DNA of 64,000 nucleotides, from positions 20,698-84,697 of the forward strand of contig CAYONI010000004.1 of NCBI GenBank assembly GCA_964405295.1, read 5' to 3'. This DNA comes from an uncultured Methanosarcinales archaeon (GTDB lineage: Archaea; Nanobdellota; Nanobdellia; Woesearchaeales; CAYZNE01). Positions 45,901 to 53,924 of the stretch are shown here, piece after piece. The notes under the pieces are model-generated. The model searched no databases and was not told where the DNA came from. It was given only the letters and a program-made list of their open reading frames with translations. Made by a program: the position numbers and the translations under genes. Positions within the stretch are counted from its first letter, which is position 1, and every line of letters begins with the position of its first letter.

Positions 45901-47259
45901 TTTAAATCTAATCCACATGCCTTTTTCACAAACAGTTGGTCTCTCACAAGTTATTGTGTGTCCTTGGCAATCAATTACTTTTCCTGAATCTTCTTTCCAA
46001 GAAGATATGCATGAACTTCTAGCACTTGGATTATGGCTAAAATCTTCTGTCATTAGTATGCTTGCGCATTCATCACTATCAAGTGCATCATCACATCCTT
46101 GGCAGGTATTGCATTCGCATACATCCCCATTTATTGTATAGGTTCCTGGTTCGCTTTGGGGAATAAATAATTGGTTGTTGCTCACATAAACTTCATTATA
46201 ATTATTACAAGTTTCGAGTATTCCTTCTGAGGATAGTATGTCTTGTTCACTACTATCATAATAGTTGGAATTATTAAGATTATTGTCACAAGCTCCCAAA
46301 TGAATCCCATATCTATTGTTATAGGAATCAATATTTATTAGTGTGTGGCCAGAGCTATCAACTTTTATACCTGCAACTTCGCTGTTTGGTGCATAATCAT
46401 TATTATAAATTTCTGCAGTATCTACTAAGACTCCTGGAGGGGCATATTCGCTAAGATGAATACCAAAGTTTTTGGTGTTGTGTATTACTGAATCATAAAA
46501 CTCACATCCTCCACAATCATTTATTACTAAACCTACCCTTTCCACATCATAAATTGTTAATCTGTTAAAAACATGATTAATTCCTTCTACCTCTACACCA
46601 TTTTTACTTGTGTCAAAAACTGTTAAATCGTTTATTGTGTTTGTATCACCTGTAATATCCACAGATCCTCCTGCATTCATAGCGTTCATTTGGTGTTCAA
46701 CTGTTAAATTATTTACTTCGTTGTTTGAACCACTTAGTGTAAAAGAATCAATTTGGGGATTATAAACATAAATATTATTTATTTCACAATTAGTAGAATC
46801 TGCAATTTCAAATCCGTACAAAGAAGTTTCCATTCTGCAATTTTGAACAGTAAAGTTATTCTTATTTTCTAAATACATACTCCATTGACAATTGTCTGTT
46901 GCATCACAAAAGATTTTATTGCCTTGACAATCAATTATTTTATCAGAATCTGAATTTTCAGACCTGATACAGGAATTTTCAAATTCACCTTGTATGTCTT
47001 CGGTTATTAGAATAGTTGCGCATTCATCGCTATCGATTGCATTGTTACAGTCAGAGCAAGTGTTACAAGTACAGATTCCATTCTCTCCAAGTTCATAGGC
47101 TTTCCCACCTACATTTGGAGTTTCACCTTTGCTAAATAAGGATCCAATCCATTCGAATAAGTTAAATTTCTCGCTTTGTTCAGTTGTTTCTTCTGCAACA
47201 ACTACTGAACTAAGAAGTATTATTATTAACAGAATTGATATGAGCATTTTTTTATTCAT
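42994..47259 (-). CDS. Giant type I membrane surface protein: three tandem right-handed beta-helix (PbH1/NosD-like) modules, Cys-rich repeats, an N/D-rich spacer, a TM helix and a short cytoplasmic tail
   Basis: 1421 aa. The signal peptide is MNKKMLISILLIIILLSSVVVA. Each of the three modules opens with C-x-C-x-T-C-x2-C-x2-A-[IL]-D-x2-E-C and contains PbH1-like turns (NNRYGIHL, NNRYGISI). CGDGIIDEDEECDDNNIINSDGCSMDC is a DUF4215/myxococcal-type Cys repeat. The TM helix is FYILVVVVIIITVGIAVFY. Confidence 0.9.
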   Translation of the reverse strand: MNKKMLISILLIIILLSSVVVAEETTEQSEKFNLFEWIGSLFSKGETPNVGGKAYELGENGICTCNTCSDCNNAIDSDECATILITEDIQGEFENSCIRSENSDSDKIIDCQGNKIFCDATDNCQWSMYLENKNNFTVQNCRMETSLYGFEIADSTNCEINNIYVYNPQIDSFTLSGSNNEVNNLTVEHQMNAMNAGGSVDITGDTNTINDLTVFDTSKNGVEVEGINHVFNRLTIYDVERVGLVINDCGGCEFYDSVIHNTKNFGIHLSEYAPPGVLVDTAEIYNNDYAPNSEVAGIKVDSSGHTLINIDSYNNRYGIHLGACDNNLNNSNYYDSSEQDILSSEGILETCNNYNEVYVSNNQLFIPQSEPGTYTINGDVCECNTCQGCDDALDSDECASILMTEDFSHNPSARSSCISSWKEDSGKVIDCQGHTITCERPTVCEKGMWIRFKENFTIQNCKFHKFKSGFLLASSDNCKVDNINVTDSLNDGITIQYVDNTNITNIATNDIGPGGFIYSAIFLEGNSNYLANAKVFDSHERGIFIRGEDNILENIVVNKTSNIGFYIHECESCEFYDIAVHDTRSTGLLITEYASNIIIDGAEIYNNDQPNDSGISGITLASKNNNILTNINSYNNRYGISISSCNNTITNSVFRDNSNTDILFSQRMPQTCNTYDEVYLSNNQLFIPNAGGDNYTINGNICECDTCYGCNNALDDSECTEIRITNDLEVTEGTYDCISKSDVDNKIIDCQNHKIFVTTESFFTSGFKFTSLTDSVIKNCDISGFFLGLKIGESKSSTLENINISDVQNGMLLGYQTADRTLVFSNNYVNNINIHLRDLRQGENLGGKGIELLGSLNTFTNLKLDNCKYVGIISKESRLNNFQNVIVNNSGYGMHISDSIYNQVTNLTVQNSRTGLKLMGLTPIGNRLRSSDNNNFSNLRIFDNEETGVVINEFSKNNQITNAEVYNNKNGIVIDGCENTILDSTFYDNTIQDILITTACENYFNNSGSPTYNNGTSNETTIVCGDGIIDEDEECDDNNIINSDGCSMDCLTEVGWTCKYEPSVCTEEINNPNCGNNITEIDLGEECDDGDQNGIAPSVGYGLNTTYCNALCINSTTFGSYCGDGTCDSGESTSSCNEDCKSSPSGSPGGNTNNNNGDDEEDYNTTDDDNDSLSNNGDDTSNDNQQSDDNTNTDEEPEVTSKIINESINFTKQITFEITKMVANEEVLEEHTITLQEIRYSEGAENNYAILVIRSDPKEIQLFEGQPQAIDIDGDNIPDIIATVNNISSTSTEMVVYKIGNSYFNSSNGENEILDPNEIITTNFYILVVVVIIITVGIAVFYSQHKKKHHRQQEDPIEISTATSNVTNTTKTPGSIKAELMNYVAKAIENNLTDKDIMNNLIKAGWNDSDIREAIKNIRTL
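44245..47097 (-). repeat. Three tandem, diverged ~960-nt (319-321 aa) coding repeats (46141-47097, 45178-46140, 44245-45177)
   Basis: Module starts are YELGENGICTC (aa 55), YTINGDVCEC (aa 374) and YTINGNICEC (aa 695). The exact 22-mer gaataaataattggttgttgct occurs at 46161-46182 and 45198-45219, a 963-nt spacing. Confidence 0.9.
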
Positions 47260-47466
47260 TTTATAAACTCCTGATTTTTTGTATTTATAATAGTAAATAC
47301 TAATATCCTAGTAGTAATCCTTTATAAGTATTTTTGCTTTTATTTAGATAATTGCTGTTGCCTTAAGGTTAGATTATTAGATTTGTGCTTTTAGTACTTT
47401 GTTGGGGGTTGCGTACTGTGGACCAACAGCATCATCAAATAATAATATAATTTCAGTGAAAGGCAA

Positions 47467-48648
47467 TTAGAAATCTCCAAGTCTTTTTTGAAATGTAACT
47501 GAGTTTAGAAGTTTACTCTTGGAAAATATTTCTCTTAAATCATAATTAAAATATTTCTTAGCCACTCCTAATGCATACTTTAACATTAATTCTTTATCTG
47601 CAAAAGTAAGCGGCCTTTCACCAAGGCCTTTTCTTGAAGCTTCTCTAACAACCCACACTCCAAGGGGCTGGTAATATGTATCTGTGATAAATCTAATTGA
47701 TAAAACAGAACCAACTCTTTTCATTATTTTCATCTTTTCAAGAATAGCAAGGCGGTTTGCATAATATCCGCCGACACAATGAGAAGCATAGCTTTTTCTT
47801 CCAAAACTGGTTTCATAATCTGTCTCATAGAACCCAGAATCTGCTTCTATTTCAAATAGTTCATAACTAAACGGCCCTGGGAAGAATAGTGTTATGTAAA
47901 AGTTGCCAAGATACCCTCCAAATGTACAGAAGAAATCACAACTAGGATATTTTGATACATCTTTTATTAATTGCTTTCCAATTGTATTATCTGTTGCAGT
48001 TATACTCCATCTTGTTGGAACTAATTTTCTGTCTGTTTTAACTCCGAGGTTTCCTACAGAAAATATTTTTGTTAGGTAGTGTTCATTAAATCCTTTTCTG
48101 TAAAGATTGACAAGTGCAGGTGCAGCTTTTAAGTCTGTGTCATTAACAACATAATCAACTTTTTGACTTACTTTGGGATTACTTGTTATGGTTACATTTT
48201 TTAGTTCTGCTGCAGGTCCTGTTGGGTAACTGAATTTATGCAGATGTATTTTTCTTTTAGGATCTTTTTCTAATTTAATTTCTACATCAACTGGGGTGCT
48301 ACTTAGTGAAACTTCTCTTGCTTTTTCTAACAGTTTTGTATTATGAGTTTTAATTTGAGTTTTAAATCTAGAATTAATTAATGAACTTCTCATTCCTGTT
48401 ATCAATGGAATTTGAAAGTCTTTTTTTGCCCAGGTTTTAGGTGCATCAAATACTTTATCTATATTTTCATTACCAATAAATCCAACATTAACTCTTGGGT
48501 AACCATATCTTCCAACAAAAATATTTAATTCTTGACCTGCGTGTTCTTTTTTAAACTTTACATTTTTTATTTTGTCTGTAAAGTCTTTTGTGACACCTGC
48601 TCCTAGATAACTCTGTTTTCTACCACTGTATCTTTTTGGTATTTTCAT
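47467..48648 (-). CDS. nreA: NreA-like archaeal DNA repair protein (DUF650/DUF651) with a C-terminal PIP-box-like motif
   Basis: FVGRYGYPRVNVGF matches the conserved Nre N-domain motif. The C-terminus QKRLGDF fits Q-x-x-L-x-x-F. The N-terminal Cys cluster that I associate with this family is absent. Confidence 0.55.
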   Translation of the reverse strand: MKIPKRYSGRKQSYLGAGVTKDFTDKIKNVKFKKEHAGQELNIFVGRYGYPRVNVGFIGNENIDKVFDAPKTWAKKDFQIPLITGMRSSLINSRFKTQIKTHNTKLLEKAREVSLSSTPVDVEIKLEKDPKRKIHLHKFSYPTGPAAELKNVTITSNPKVSQKVDYVVNDTDLKAAPALVNLYRKGFNEHYLTKIFSVGNLGVKTDRKLVPTRWSITATDNTIGKQLIKDVSKYPSCDFFCTFGGYLGNFYITLFFPGPFSYELFEIEADSGFYETDYETSFGRKSYASHCVGGYYANRLAILEKMKIMKRVGSVLSIRFITDTYYQPLGVWVVREASRKGLGERPLTFADKELMLKYALGVAKKYFNYDLREIFSKSKLLNSVTFQKRLGDF

Positions 48649-48703
48649 TAGTATATTGAAAAGAAAGATTGTTTTTAAATCTTTGGGCTAGATGTCTTAT
48701 GGT

Positions 48704-49327
48704 CTATGCAGCATTAGAGTATGCATGCTCAATTATTTGTTGAGGATGAGTTATGATTTTAACTTTCTCTGTTTCTTGCACAGATTTATTCCAATGATTT
48801 TGTGGAACATAAATCCCATCTATTATTTCTAACTGGGATAATTGATCAATATACCCCGGCATATCATCTATAACTTTGTTTACTTTATTTTTAAGAGCAA
48901 TACTCTTTTTTGTTCCATTTTTTTCTTCGCCTGCATGCCACTCTGTAAAAGAAAACTCTCCAAAATAGTCCCCGAAATTTTTAATAATCATGTATTCAGT
49001 TTGTGTTCTAACTGCTTCAGCTCTTCCAGTTGCAGGTAGGATTATATCCCCTCTATTCGCAATTGCTTCAATAACGGGTTTCATTTCTAAAATTGGTTGG
49101 ACATTTTCAAAGAATGAGCTTTTGTAGAATTTTTCCATTCTATTCATTTCTTCTTTAGGACTTATAATATTACCATGTCTATTAAACAATGCTTGTTTTA
49201 TACTATACATTGTAAAATCTTCTTTTTTTAATTCTGTTCCATATTGATAATTATGGAATAGTATAACTGCATCCACAGAATGAGTTAATGTGTCATCAAT
49301 ATCTACTAACCAAATATTCATTGCCAT
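48704..49327 (-). CDS. HAD-superfamily hydrolase, 5'(3')-deoxyribonucleotidase-like
   Basis: The N-terminus is MAMNIWLVDIDDTLTH (D-x-D-x-T). The start is trimmed to ATG 49327, which has a TATA-like element 26 nt upstream. Confidence 0.6.
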   Translation of the reverse strand: MAMNIWLVDIDDTLTHSVDAVILFHNYQYGTELKKEDFTMYSIKQALFNRHGNIISPKEEMNRMEKFYKSSFFENVQPILEMKPVIEAIANRGDIILPATGRAEAVRTQTEYMIIKNFGDYFGEFSFTEWHAGEEKNGTKKSIALKNKVNKVIDDMPGYIDQLSQLEIIDGIYVPQNHWNKSVQETEKVKIITHPQQIIEHAYSNAA

Positions 49328-49371
49328 GAATTTATGCAAATTCTTAATCATTTAAATTCTTTTGCATAAAC

Positions 49372-49380
49372 TTTATATAC
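49372..49380 (+). promoter_or_regulatory. TATA box (tttatatac) for mre11
   Basis: It lies 22 nt upstream of ATG 49402. Confidence 0.5.
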
Positions 49381-49401
49381 TCTTAATTATTACTTTTAAA
49401 A

Positions 49402-50646
49402 ATGAAATTCAAATTTTCTCATATTGCAGATTGCCACATTGGGGGCTGGAGAGATTCAAGAATGAAAGAGCTTTCAGTAGAAGCATTTGATTTTGCAATA
49501 ACTAAATCTATTGAGAATAAAGTTGATTTTGTTCTTATTGCAGGGGATTTATTTAATAGTGCAATTCCAGGTATTGATGCAATAAAGTCTGTTGTGTCGT
49601 CGCTAAATAAATTAAAGCAAAATACTATCCCCTGTTATTTTATTGCAGGAAGTCATGATTTCTCCCCCAATGGAAAAACTTTTCTTGATGTAATAGAAGA
49701 GGCAGAATTGGGTATTAACGTCTATAAGCCTTCACAGAAAGATAGCAAAATGAGATTAAAGTTTACTATTGATCCGAAAACAGGTGTAAAGATTGCAGGT
49801 ATTCTCGGACGAAAAGGTCAGCTTGATTCTGAAGATTATGATGCTCTTGATTATACTGCTTTAGAAAAAGAGGATGGTTTTAAAATATTTATGTTTCATG
49901 CTTCGATAACTGAGATGAAACCAAAAGGGTTAGAAATGATGCAATCATCGTCGGTGTCAATACTACCCGTTGGTTTTGATTATTATGCAGGTGGTCATGT
50001 TCATATTGTTGAAAGGTATAATTCTGATAAATATAAAAATGTTATTTACCCAGGGCCGCTATTTCCAAATTCTTTTTCAGAGTTTCAAAAACTAAAGAAG
50101 GGTGGATTTTATATTGTAAATGTTGATGAAGAAATAACTTTAGAGCGAATTGATATTAAGCTAAAACCGGTTATTGTTTTTGAGTTTAATGTAGATAATG
50201 TGTCTGTTGAAACATTAAATAATGATATGAAACAGCGAGTTAAAAAAGGAACTTTTGCTGATGCAATTGTTTTACTACGTGCATATGGAACTGTCAGTTC
50301 AGGTAAAATCTCTGACATTAATTTTAATGAAACAATTCGTTCTATATATGAGAAAGATGCGTATTTCGTTATGAGAAATACTTCTAAATTATTTGTTGAA
50401 GATATGGAAACAAAAAACATTGACTCAGATTCTTCTGATGAAATAGAAAGAGATTTGATTGTCGAGAACCAGGGGCAAATCAAAAACAGTTTTAAAGATG
50501 AAACTCAAGCTATAATGAAAATAATGAATGCCGCTTCTTCAGAGAAGCTTGAAGGAGAAAAAGTTTATGATTATGAATCTAGAATCTTATCACAAATAGA
50601 CCAAGCAATCGAGGAGAACAAAGAAAAAGAAGTAAAAGGTGATTAA
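49402..50646 (+). CDS. mre11: Mre11-like DNA repair nuclease (calcineurin-type metallophosphoesterase)
   Basis: Phosphoesterase motifs appear in order: HIADCHIG, IAGDLFN, IAGSHDF, MFHAS, GGHVHI. Confidence 0.7.
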   Translation: MKFKFSHIADCHIGGWRDSRMKELSVEAFDFAITKSIENKVDFVLIAGDLFNSAIPGIDAIKSVVSSLNKLKQNTIPCYFIAGSHDFSPNGKTFLDVIEEAELGINVYKPSQKDSKMRLKFTIDPKTGVKIAGILGRKGQLDSEDYDALDYTALEKEDGFKIFMFHASITEMKPKGLEMMQSSSVSILPVGFDYYAGGHVHIVERYNSDKYKNVIYPGPLFPNSFSEFQKLKKGGFYIVNVDEEITLERIDIKLKPVIVFEFNVDNVSVETLNNDMKQRVKKGTFADAIVLLRAYGTVSSGKISDINFNETIRSIYEKDAYFVMRNTSKLFVEDMETKNIDSDSSDEIERDLIVENQGQIKNSFKDETQAIMKIMNAASSEKLEGEKVYDYESRILSQIDQAIEENKEKEVKGD

Positions 50647-51148
50647 AATAACGAATAACTATCTTAAAGAAAAATATAATAAACTTGTAAAAACAGAAAT
50701 GTATAAAGAATTTATCGAGCATAATCCTGATTATAAATTAAGCCACTTCTTTTTGGTTAGTGAATCAAATAATTTTGTTGATGAGCAAATTGGTTTTTAT
50801 TCTGGGACCACAGACAAAGTTGTTTCTTTTGATTTGATTAAACATGCTGTTTCAAAACCAGAGAATGCAGCAAAAAAATCTGGGAAGATTCCTGTATTCA
50901 AGATAGATAAGGTTGGTGTAGATATTAATGAAGTTTTAAAGATATGCAAAGAGCTTACAGACAAAGAGTATTCTCAACATGGAACAACAAAGCACATTTG
51001 TATTCTGCAAATCCTAAAGAAGGTTCTTACTTGGAATATCACCATAGTCACGAATACTCTGCATATGATTAATATTAAGATTGATGCTACTAGCTCTAAA
51101 GTCTTGACTCATTCTGCACAGTCATTAATGTCTCTTGCCAAGAAATGA
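50639..51148 (+). CDS. Hypothetical protein (not Rad50)
   Basis: 169 aa. The GTG start overlaps the mre11 stop by 8 nt. There is no Walker A motif. Confidence 0.45.
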   Translation: MIKITNNYLKEKYNKLVKTEMYKEFIEHNPDYKLSHFFLVSESNNFVDEQIGFYSGTTDKVVSFDLIKHAVSKPENAAKKSGKIPVFKIDKVGVDINEVLKICKELTDKEYSQHGTTKHICILQILKKVLTWNITIVTNTLHMINIKIDATSSKVLTHSAQSLMSLAKK

Positions 51149-51502
51149 TTGAGGTTTTAGCTTTGAATCTGTTGTGATTATCTTGTAGGTAATGTTACTT
51201 GGCAGTTAATTTCTTTATAAGTATATTCAACCTTTGTCAAATATCTTTCATCCCAACCTTCTTTATATATAAGTTCTGACACTACATTATATTAAGGTGT
51301 TAAGTAATAACAGAGGCCTAATATGAAAGAAGAAAAAAACAAGAAAATAAGTTATGCCGCTCAAGAAAATTGTAAACGCCTAGATGAATATTTCAAAGAA
51401 GAGTAAGTTTTCTAGCTTGTTTATATATAGTTTGTAGTTGTCATCTTAAAGTTGTAAGGTAATCTTTATATAATCTTGAGCTTTTCCATTAATTAGGGGA
51501 AA

Positions 51503-52027
51503 GTGATAAAATCTAGTCTTAAGAAGGAAATTGGAAAAGTTCATAGTATTCTAAAGCTCTCGTTTAAAAAGATAAAAGAGGAGCTTAATTCTTACCTTGA
51601 TACAATAAATCAGAATACCAACGAAATTCAGAGTAATTATGAGTTTCTTGTTGAATTAGACAGAAAGATTGAATCTATTAGTGATAGGGTCGACGAGCTA
51701 ACAATGATGATTAATCCTGAAGAATTATCTCTTAGTTATGATTTTGATCTCACTCTGAGAGAACAGGAAGTGTTCTTGGTCCTGTATGTAGTTGACAAGA
51801 AAATAAGCTCTGCAGCTATTGCAAAGAGACTTGGCTTGACAACAGAGAAAGTTAACACCTACCTATACAATCTTATTAACAAAAAGATCCCAATACGAAA
51901 GGAATATCATAACAATAAGCTATTCTTTTATATGGATGAAAAATTTAAAGCCCTACAAGCAAGGCAGAATATGATAAAAATTGATGCTTCTGTTTCTAAA
52001 CAACTTCTAAGCGATGATGCAATTTAA
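51503..52027 (+). CDS. Coiled-coil plus helix-turn-helix protein, putative transcriptional regulator
   Basis: GTG start with GGGGAAAG upstream. LTLREQEVFLVLYVVDKKISSAAIAKRLGLTTEKVNTYLYNLINKK resembles a winged-helix or LuxR-type HTH. Confidence 0.5.
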   Translation: MIKSSLKKEIGKVHSILKLSFKKIKEELNSYLDTINQNTNEIQSNYEFLVELDRKIESISDRVDELTMMINPEELSLSYDFDLTLREQEVFLVLYVVDKKISSAAIAKRLGLTTEKVNTYLYNLINKKIPIRKEYHNNKLFFYMDEKFKALQARQNMIKIDASVSKQLLSDDAI

Positions 52028-52350
52028 TACAGATTGCTTCCACCTGGTGACTGTGGTGGTTGATCTTGAAATTGTGCTTGAGGTGGTGTTGGAATAGGTG
52101 CTTGAGGTTGCGGTGCTGGTGCTGGTTCTTCAATAACAGGTTCTACTTCTTTTTCAACTTCTTCTTCAACCTCTTCTGGCTCATCATATTCTTCTTCAGG
52201 ATCTTCATCTTCTTCAATATCTGCAACTGCGCTGATAAGTGGTAATCCGAACTCATCATTTACAAATAATCCTTTGTAAATTTGAACTAATTCTTGCAAA
52301 CTCTTATTGGGATCTTCAAGTGTTATTTGACCAAATGTTATTTTTGCCAT
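52024..52350 (-). CDS. Small protein with acidic and P/Q-rich C-terminal low-complexity regions
   Basis: 108 aa. GGAGGA lies 7 nt upstream of the ATG. A folded-looking N-terminal ~45 aa is followed by an E/D-rich and then a PAPAPQPQ-type tail. Confidence 0.5.
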   Translation of the reverse strand: MAKITFGQITLEDPNKSLQELVQIYKGLFVNDEFGLPLISAVADIEEDEDPEEEYDEPEEVEEEVEKEVEPVIEEPAPAPQPQAPIPTPPQAQFQDQPPQSPGGSNLY

Positions 52351-52442
52351 TTTTTATTCCTCCGTTAACTTTAGGCTTTTGTGCCTTCTTATTCCTCATT
52401 CTTACAATAACATATTTAAATATCTTGTCTTTTTCAATATAT

Positions 52443-53348
52443 ATGAACTTTGGAACAGAAAGAAATTGGAAAAAGAAAATTTTAGAAATAAAGAAAGAAG
52501 TTGGTGAAGCAAAGTACCCTTTTCCAGGATTTATTAAAAATATGATTTTAAGAGATCACTTATATTTATTATTAGAAGATAAACTTATCCAGTTTTGTGA
52601 GAAAAAAAAAGTAGGAATATTGTTTTCAGGTGGAGTTGATAGTGCAGTTCTTTCAATGTTATGTCAAAAACTAAAATTTAACTATTGTTGTTATTCTGTT
52701 GGTTTTCAAGACAATGAAACAAAATATCCAGAAGATATTGAATACTCTAAAATAATTGCACATAAATATAATCTTAATCTTAAGTTCAAAGTGTTTAATC
52801 TTAAAGAGATTGAAGTTGTAATAAAAAAGACTTTGAAAATTTTATCTAAAAACAAAGATACTACTGATGTTGTTAATCTTGGAGTTGGTGCAGTTGAATT
52901 GGCTGCAATAGAAATGGCTAAGAAAGATAAGTGCGATATTGTTCTTTCAGGTTTGGGAAGTGAGGAAATATTTGCAGGTTATCAAAGACACGAAAATGCT
53001 AAAGATAAAGAGCAAGAATGTTGGAATGGTTTGGCATTAATGTATAAAAGAGATTTGATAAGAGAAACTCTAATTCCAAAAGCTTTGGCAATAGAAACTT
53101 ATGCTCCTTTTCTTGATTTTGATGTTATTGGTGTTGCAATGCATATTTCAATTAAAGCAAAAATAAATAGAAGACAAAATAAAATTGTAATAAGGAAGAT
53201 TGCTAAGAAGTTGGGTCTGAAAGAGTTTTCTAATAGAAAGAAGAGGGCTGCCCAGTATGGCAGTAGATTTCAGAATGCAATAGATAAGCTAAGCTCTAAA
53301 GCAGGTTTTAAGCTTAAAAAAGATTATATCAAAAACTTAATAAAGTAA
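52443..53348 (+). CDS. Stand-alone asparagine-synthetase-like PP-loop ATP pyrophosphatase domain (no glutaminase domain)
   Basis: Motifs seen are ILFSGGVDSAV (PP-loop), LSGLGSEEIFAGYQRH and YAPFLDFDV. The start is trimmed to ATG 52443, 21 nt downstream of tatttaaata. Confidence 0.7.
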   Translation: MNFGTERNWKKKILEIKKEVGEAKYPFPGFIKNMILRDHLYLLLEDKLIQFCEKKKVGILFSGGVDSAVLSMLCQKLKFNYCCYSVGFQDNETKYPEDIEYSKIIAHKYNLNLKFKVFNLKEIEVVIKKTLKILSKNKDTTDVVNLGVGAVELAAIEMAKKDKCDIVLSGLGSEEIFAGYQRHENAKDKEQECWNGLALMYKRDLIRETLIPKALAIETYAPFLDFDVIGVAMHISIKAKINRRQNKIVIRKIAKKLGLKEFSNRKKRAAQYGSRFQNAIDKLSSKAGFKLKKDYIKNLIK

Positions 53349-53365
53349 GATAATTAAATTCTTTT

Positions 53366-53914
53366 ATGAACATTAATTTAGATAGTATAATTACTTTAAA
53401 TGATAAAATTATTGTTATTGTGAATCAGATATCTTTATCTTTACTTATTTTATTAGTTGGGTTTATAATCGGGAAATTAGTTGATAAATTTTCTTTGTTA
53501 TTGATTAGAAATTCTTCTTTCAGAAAAATTAAGATATTCTCAAGAGATTTCAACACTGAGAAAATAATTCCAAAGTTGTTAAGTTATGTTATTTATATTG
53601 CAAGTTTAATTTTTGCTCTGAGTTATTCAGGAATATTAAACACAGTTATTTTTATAATTCTAATAATTTTTGCTCTGACAATGATTGTTTCAGTTTTTTA
53701 TTCTATTAAAGAAAGTTTTCCTAATTTTGTTGCGAGTATTAGGTTGAGGAGAAATCCAAATTTTAGGTTGAGGAGAAAAATACAAGTTAATGGAATTTTG
53801 GGTGAAATATCTGAAATAACTTATTCTGAAATAAAGATTACAACTGAATCAGGTGATGAAATTTATGTACCTTGTAAAGTTCTTCTAAGTAGAGAATACA
53901 AGTTGTTAAAATAG
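53366..53914 (+). CDS. Small MscS-like mechanosensitive channel homologue
   Basis: Three TM helices are followed by IQVNGILGEISEITYSEIKITTESGDEIYVPCKVLL, which resembles the MscS beta-domain signature. Confidence 0.5.
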   Translation: MNINLDSIITLNDKIIVIVNQISLSLLILLVGFIIGKLVDKFSLLLIRNSSFRKIKIFSRDFNTEKIIPKLLSYVIYIASLIFALSYSGILNTVIFIILIIFALTMIVSVFYSIKESFPNFVASIRLRRNPNFRLRRKIQVNGILGEISEITYSEIKITTESGDEIYVPCKVLLSREYKLLK

Positions 53915-53924
53915 GTTTATTAAA

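Noticed and set aside
43520-46141. Alternative-frame and antisense ORFs inside the giant beta-helix gene (43520-43708, 43662-43907, 44030-44254, 45710-46141)
   Set aside because: All are embedded in a 4.3-kb ORF with coherent domain structure. They arise from the biased N/D/S/T codon composition.
47395-47432. GC-richer stretch with a 6-bp hairpin (tgttgg...ccaaca), considered as a tRNA or sRNA fragment
   Set aside because: It is too short, has no cloverleaf and has no T-loop or anticodon arm. It is probably just intergenic sequence between convergent and divergent genes.
52239-52442. N-terminal 68 codons of the listed 52239-53348 ORF
   Set aside because: This segment overlaps the convergently oriented 52024-52350 gene and translates to hydrophobic, nonsense-like sequence. 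A TATA box at 52413-52422 places the real start at ATG 52443.
53741-53777. Direct 14-nt repeat aggttgaggagaaa (about 53741 and 53764)
   Set aside because: It lies inside the MscS-like CDS and simply encodes the duplicated peptide RLRRN/RLRRK. It is not a regulatory or mobile-element repeat.
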